The notes beneath the pieces were generated by a model that was given only the letters and a program-made list of their open reading frames with translations, was not told the origin of the DNA and ran no database searches. This document shows positions 62,044-64,000 of a DNA stretch of 64,000 nt, one piece after another; the stretch's first letter is position 1, and each line of letters starts with the position of its first letter. The position numbers and the translations under genes are program-made. Origin of the DNA: Azolla caroliniana (lineage: Eukaryota; Plantae; Polypodiophyta); the NCBI GenBank assembly GCA_043228905.1, contig JBHGNT010000020.1, positions 4,650,001 through 4,714,000 of the forward strand. Direction: 5' to 3'.

Positions 62044-64000
62044 TGTTACCGGCCGGCAAGGAGTCCAAAATACGGAGTGAAGGAATTAATTAAGTATGGT
62101 TGTAAATAAGCATAGTGTGGACGGACGGACTGGAAACGGTATGCCGTTCCAGATCCGGACGGATCCCGAATAGGTGCGATAGGCACCGTTTTGTACTACG
62201 GGCCGGAAACCTATTTAAAGGCCCAGACCTTATTGTAATCGCAGCGGATAATTAATAGAGCATATGGTGTTTATACTTCTGTGTTGATTTCCGTTCTGTA
62301 GTTACTGTGATATCTTACGCGTGTAATTAACCAAAGCACTCTAATCGTGTAACCTACGTAAGTCGGTGTAATCGTTGAATCTTAATCCTATGCCGTAATC
62401 ACCCTTTGGTGAAGTGTCTCCGTGACACCTTGTGTTAGGCCTTGTCCGGTCAGAGAATAACACAGTTTTGGCGACCACGATTCCTGCTTTCTCGCAGCGA
62501 ACGACGGCTTAATGGATGACGAGACCAACGCACGACCTGGTTACAGACCGAGCTCGACGCCTCGCCGAACGGCAAAGACGGCGTGAGACTTTCCAGCAAG
62601 CAGCGCACGAAATTCGCTCGGATCGTTCGTTCTCCAACGAGATCCGGAGAGTCGCGGAGGAATCTCTTTGGTTACAGCAAACTCGCGACCAGGACGACGG
62701 AAGCAGTCTAAGTAGTCTCCGGGAAACCGAACGCCTCCTCGAGGCGCTGGCAAGTGGAGAAAACGAGGCAGAAGCCTTTTCAGCCTACAAATCGGATTCC
62801 GAAGGGGGATACAACGTGCACACGAACTACCGGAGCAGCAACGATACCCCCGGCGGCCCGGAGGACGACGGGTCGGATACCGTGCCGACTCCAGAACCGG
62901 AACCGCTAGACCAGGGCTATCCAGAACCGCAAACGGAAGCCGTCAACCCACCAACACCGGAAGTGGAAGAAGCAAAGCCACCGACACCAACGAAAGAGCC
63001 GGCGAAGGTACCGGAAGACGAGCCGGTGAAAGAACCGGGAAAAGAACCGGAAGAGGAACCGGAAAAAGCACCGGCAAAACAACCGGAAGTGGAACCGGAG
63101 AGAAAACCGGAAAGATATCAACAAACGCCACTAAACCGCGGCCTAATACTGGACGACGACATGCCGTTCCAATACTCAAAGTATCGCGATGATCCGGACG
63201 CGGAAGCGCATGTTCATGCCTTCGAGCAGACATGGGAAGCAAATCACACGTCCCAGCGAATGACACCGGAGGAAGAAGAACGCTCGAAGATAGCGGAATT
63301 CGGGGTCACGTTGGAAGGACCAGCGACACGATGGCGGTGGACGCAGGACCCGGCGACCATCACAACCTTTGCAGAATTAAAAGCAAAATTCTTGCATTTT
63401 TTCCACAAGGAGGTCGACCAGACGACAATGGTGGGCCTGTTTTATACGATCCGACAGGAGGCAGGGGAAAGCATTCCCCAATTCGTCATCCGTTTCCAAC
63501 GAATGCATAGCCAGCTTGCCCGTACACCCCCGGAGGAGGAATTACGGACGATATTTTTAAACGCACTCCGGGAACCGTTACGCACGGTGTGTACGGTAAT
63601 CGACTTTCGAGGAAGCACCATTGACCAGGTCATTGACCGGGTCAGGGAAATGGAAAAGTCAAGCTCATGGCTTACACTGGGAGCACTGCAACGGGCGTTA
63701 CCCACCGATGAAGATCTCCGGTTCCGGCAGGCAATTCAATGCACAATCTGCTTGAATGCCGGACACTCGGCAGTGGAATGCACCATGCGAACTCAGTGTG
63801 TGATTTGTCAATCCAAGAGTCATACAACGGACCGGTGCGAGTATAACCTGTTAAACCGACAAGCACCACCCGTCCGACGGATCGAGCCAAGAAGCAGCCG
63901 AGACGAAGATGACGATCGTTGGCAAAGAATGAACCGGTACCGACCGGCACAGGATGTCCGGTACGGAGACAGGCAAGAGAATGATGGCCGGTACGGGAAT
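62044..64000 (+). mobile_element. Young Tat/Ogre-like gypsy element: 5' LTR 62044-62462, PBS TGGCGACCAC (tRNA-Arg type) at about 62469
   Basis: TGTTA...TAACA termini, PBS, then an open gag frame. Confidence 0.85.
62516..64000 (+). CDS. Gypsy Gag, at least 495 codons, open to the window end (absent from the ORF track)
   Basis: MTRPTHDLVTDRARRL..., Glu/Pro-rich linker, capsid-like region, two CCHC knuckles CTICLNAGHSAVEC and CVICQSKSHTTDRC. Confidence 0.85.
   Translation, partial: MTRPTHDLVTDRARRLAERQRRRETFQQAAHEIRSDRSFSNEIRRVAEESLWLQQTRDQDDGSSLSSLRETERLLEALASGENEAEAFSAYKSDSEGGYNVHTNYRSSNDTPGGPEDDGSDTVPTPEPEPLDQGYPEPQTEAVNPPTPEVEEAKPPTPTKEPAKVPEDEPVKEPGKEPEEEPEKAPAKQPEVEPERKPERYQQTPLNRGLILDDDMPFQYSKYRDDPDAEAHVHAFEQTWEANHTSQRMTPEEEERSKIAEFGVTLEGPATRWRWTQDPATITTFAELKAKFLHFFHKEVDQTTMVGLFYTIRQEAGESIPQFVIRFQRMHSQLARTPPEEELRTIFLNALREPLRTVCTVIDFRGSTIDQVIDRVREMEKSSSWLTLGALQRALPTDEDLRFRQAIQCTICLNAGHSAVECTMRTQCVICQSKSHTTDRCEYNLLNRQAPPVRRIEPRSSRDEDDDRWQRMNRYRPAQDVRYGDRQENDGRYGN

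Overview
Plant nuclear DNA. The retroelement types suggest a non-seed land plant such as a fern or lycophyte, but this is inference. About 85% of the window is a stack of nested, mostly decayed LTR retrotransposons: Ty1/copia elements of two lineages, Ty3/gypsy elements of several lineages, and solo or truncated LTRs. Many of their stops come from CG/CHG-type transitions. One host gene sits in an island at about 38.7-47.1 kb: a three-repeat MYB (3R-MYB) transcription factor on the minus strand, with 7 coding exons and 499 aa. Two copies of an AT-rich hAT-like MITE are also present. The most unusual object is a nearly intact, endonuclease-less Penelope-like retroelement (about 13305-15750). It has no TSD or telomeric repeats and sits exactly at a multi-kb deletion that fuses a gypsy fragment to a copia fragment, as expected for RT-templated patching of a chromosome break. 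Other highlights are a tRNA-like Pol III module inside gypsy LTRs, a U5-PBS-gag swap between copia families, and an LTR-borne MSA (3R-MYB binding) motif just upstream of the 3R-MYB gene. All coordinates were read by eye and no database searches were run.
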